A program made the position numbers and the translations under genes. Positions 63,551-64,000 of a DNA stretch of 64,000 bases are shown one piece after another. The notes beneath the pieces were generated by a model that saw only the letters and a program-made list of their open reading frames with translations, had not been told where the DNA came from and searched no databases. The stretch is from an uncultured virus (IMG/VR IMGVR_UViG_3300037245_004196) (lineage: Duplodnaviria; Heunggongvirae; Uroviricota; Caudoviricetes), in IMG/VR virus record IMGVR_UViG_3300037245_004196. The stretch is one strand, 5' to 3'. The first letter of the stretch is position 1, and every line of letters starts with the position of its first letter.

Positions 63551-64000
63551 ATGAATTTCCCGAATAATATGGGATTAACGGAGAAAGAGCGGAGGCTTAA
63601 CTCTTTTAATTATCGGATGTTAAATAAAGGGATGAAAGGGGAGCAACTTCGAGTTAAGCATGTAGGGCGACGGGTATGCTATCCTGGCACGCCTAAGCAA
63701 CGTAGGGCAATACGAAAGGATTTATCACAATTTTTGGATTATCTCGATTTTCCCAAGACTTTAAGAAATGAGAAATCTAATGTCTATAAAGTGGTGCGTG
63801 CTATGTTTATCTATCAGTATATTGCACGTAAAAATAATTTACTCTTCAAGATTGAGCGAGATAGGATATTAAGAGCGATTGATGAGCAAGCGATTATGAT
63901 TGAGAAGTTTAAGATAGGATTAAGCTTTGAGTATAACTTAATCAATCAAATTATGATGGTGCTCTATAAGGATAAGCAAGCAATAGATGAGCAAAATAAT
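63551..64000 (+). CDS. Hypothetical protein, truncated by window end
   Basis: 150 open codons MNFPNNMGLTEKERR...; GAGG RBS. Confidence 0.7.
   Translation, partial: MNFPNNMGLTEKERRLNSFNYRMLNKGMKGEQLRVKHVGRRVCYPGTPKQRRAIRKDLSQFLDYLDFPKTLRNEKSNVYKVVRAMFIYQYIARKNNLLFKIERDRILRAIDEQAIMIEKFKIGLSFEYNLINQIMMVLYKDKQAIDEQNN

Larger units (their letters stand above)
1..64000. mobile_element. Segment of a head-tailed archaeal virus/provirus (Caudoviricetes, siphovirus-like); Asgard host inferred
   Basis: Ordered TerL-portal-protease-MCP-tail tube-chaperone-tape measure-tail tip module; PCNA, ERCC4, TFB-like genes; archaeal TATA/leaderless architecture; no cellular housekeeping operons. Confidence 0.9.

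Noticed and set aside
1..64000. CRISPR array, integrase, DNA polymerase, reverse transcriptase/DGR
   Set aside because: No regularly spaced repeats and no recognisable motifs for these enzymes; they may lie outside the window
1..64000. Stop-codon reassignment
   Set aside because: Core genes are intact under the standard code and all three stops are used

Overview
The window is an AT-rich, gene-dense stretch of a head-tailed (Caudoviricetes, siphovirus-like) virus or provirus. The host is almost certainly archaeal. TTTAAATA TATA boxes lie about 30 nt upstream of start codons (leaderless layout), many starts have GGTGA/GGAGG ribosome-binding sites, and the virus encodes an archaeal PCNA, an XPF/ERCC4 nuclease and a TFB-like protein. 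An Asgard (Lokiarchaeia-like) host is my inference, not established. Layout: a leftward accessory arm of small Zn-finger and nucleotide-metabolism genes (1-11.2 kb); a bidirectional promoter region with a structured RNA; a Tad2-like gene, P-loop helicase and DEDDh exonuclease (11.5-20 kb); a packaging/head/tail module (21-43 kb); recombination and DNA-modification genes (43-56.7 kb); and a leftward arm with PCNA and the TFB-like gene (56.8-63.1 kb). No integrase, DNA polymerase or CRISPR array was recognised. Most notable observations: an unannotated 36-aa peptide resembling the histone H3 tail; a C-terminally extended PCNA with several PIP-box proteins; two apparently related promoter-driven structured RNAs; a non-canonical tRNA-like element; and a polyproline protein. 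All protein family calls rest on motif recognition by eye; no database searches were run.
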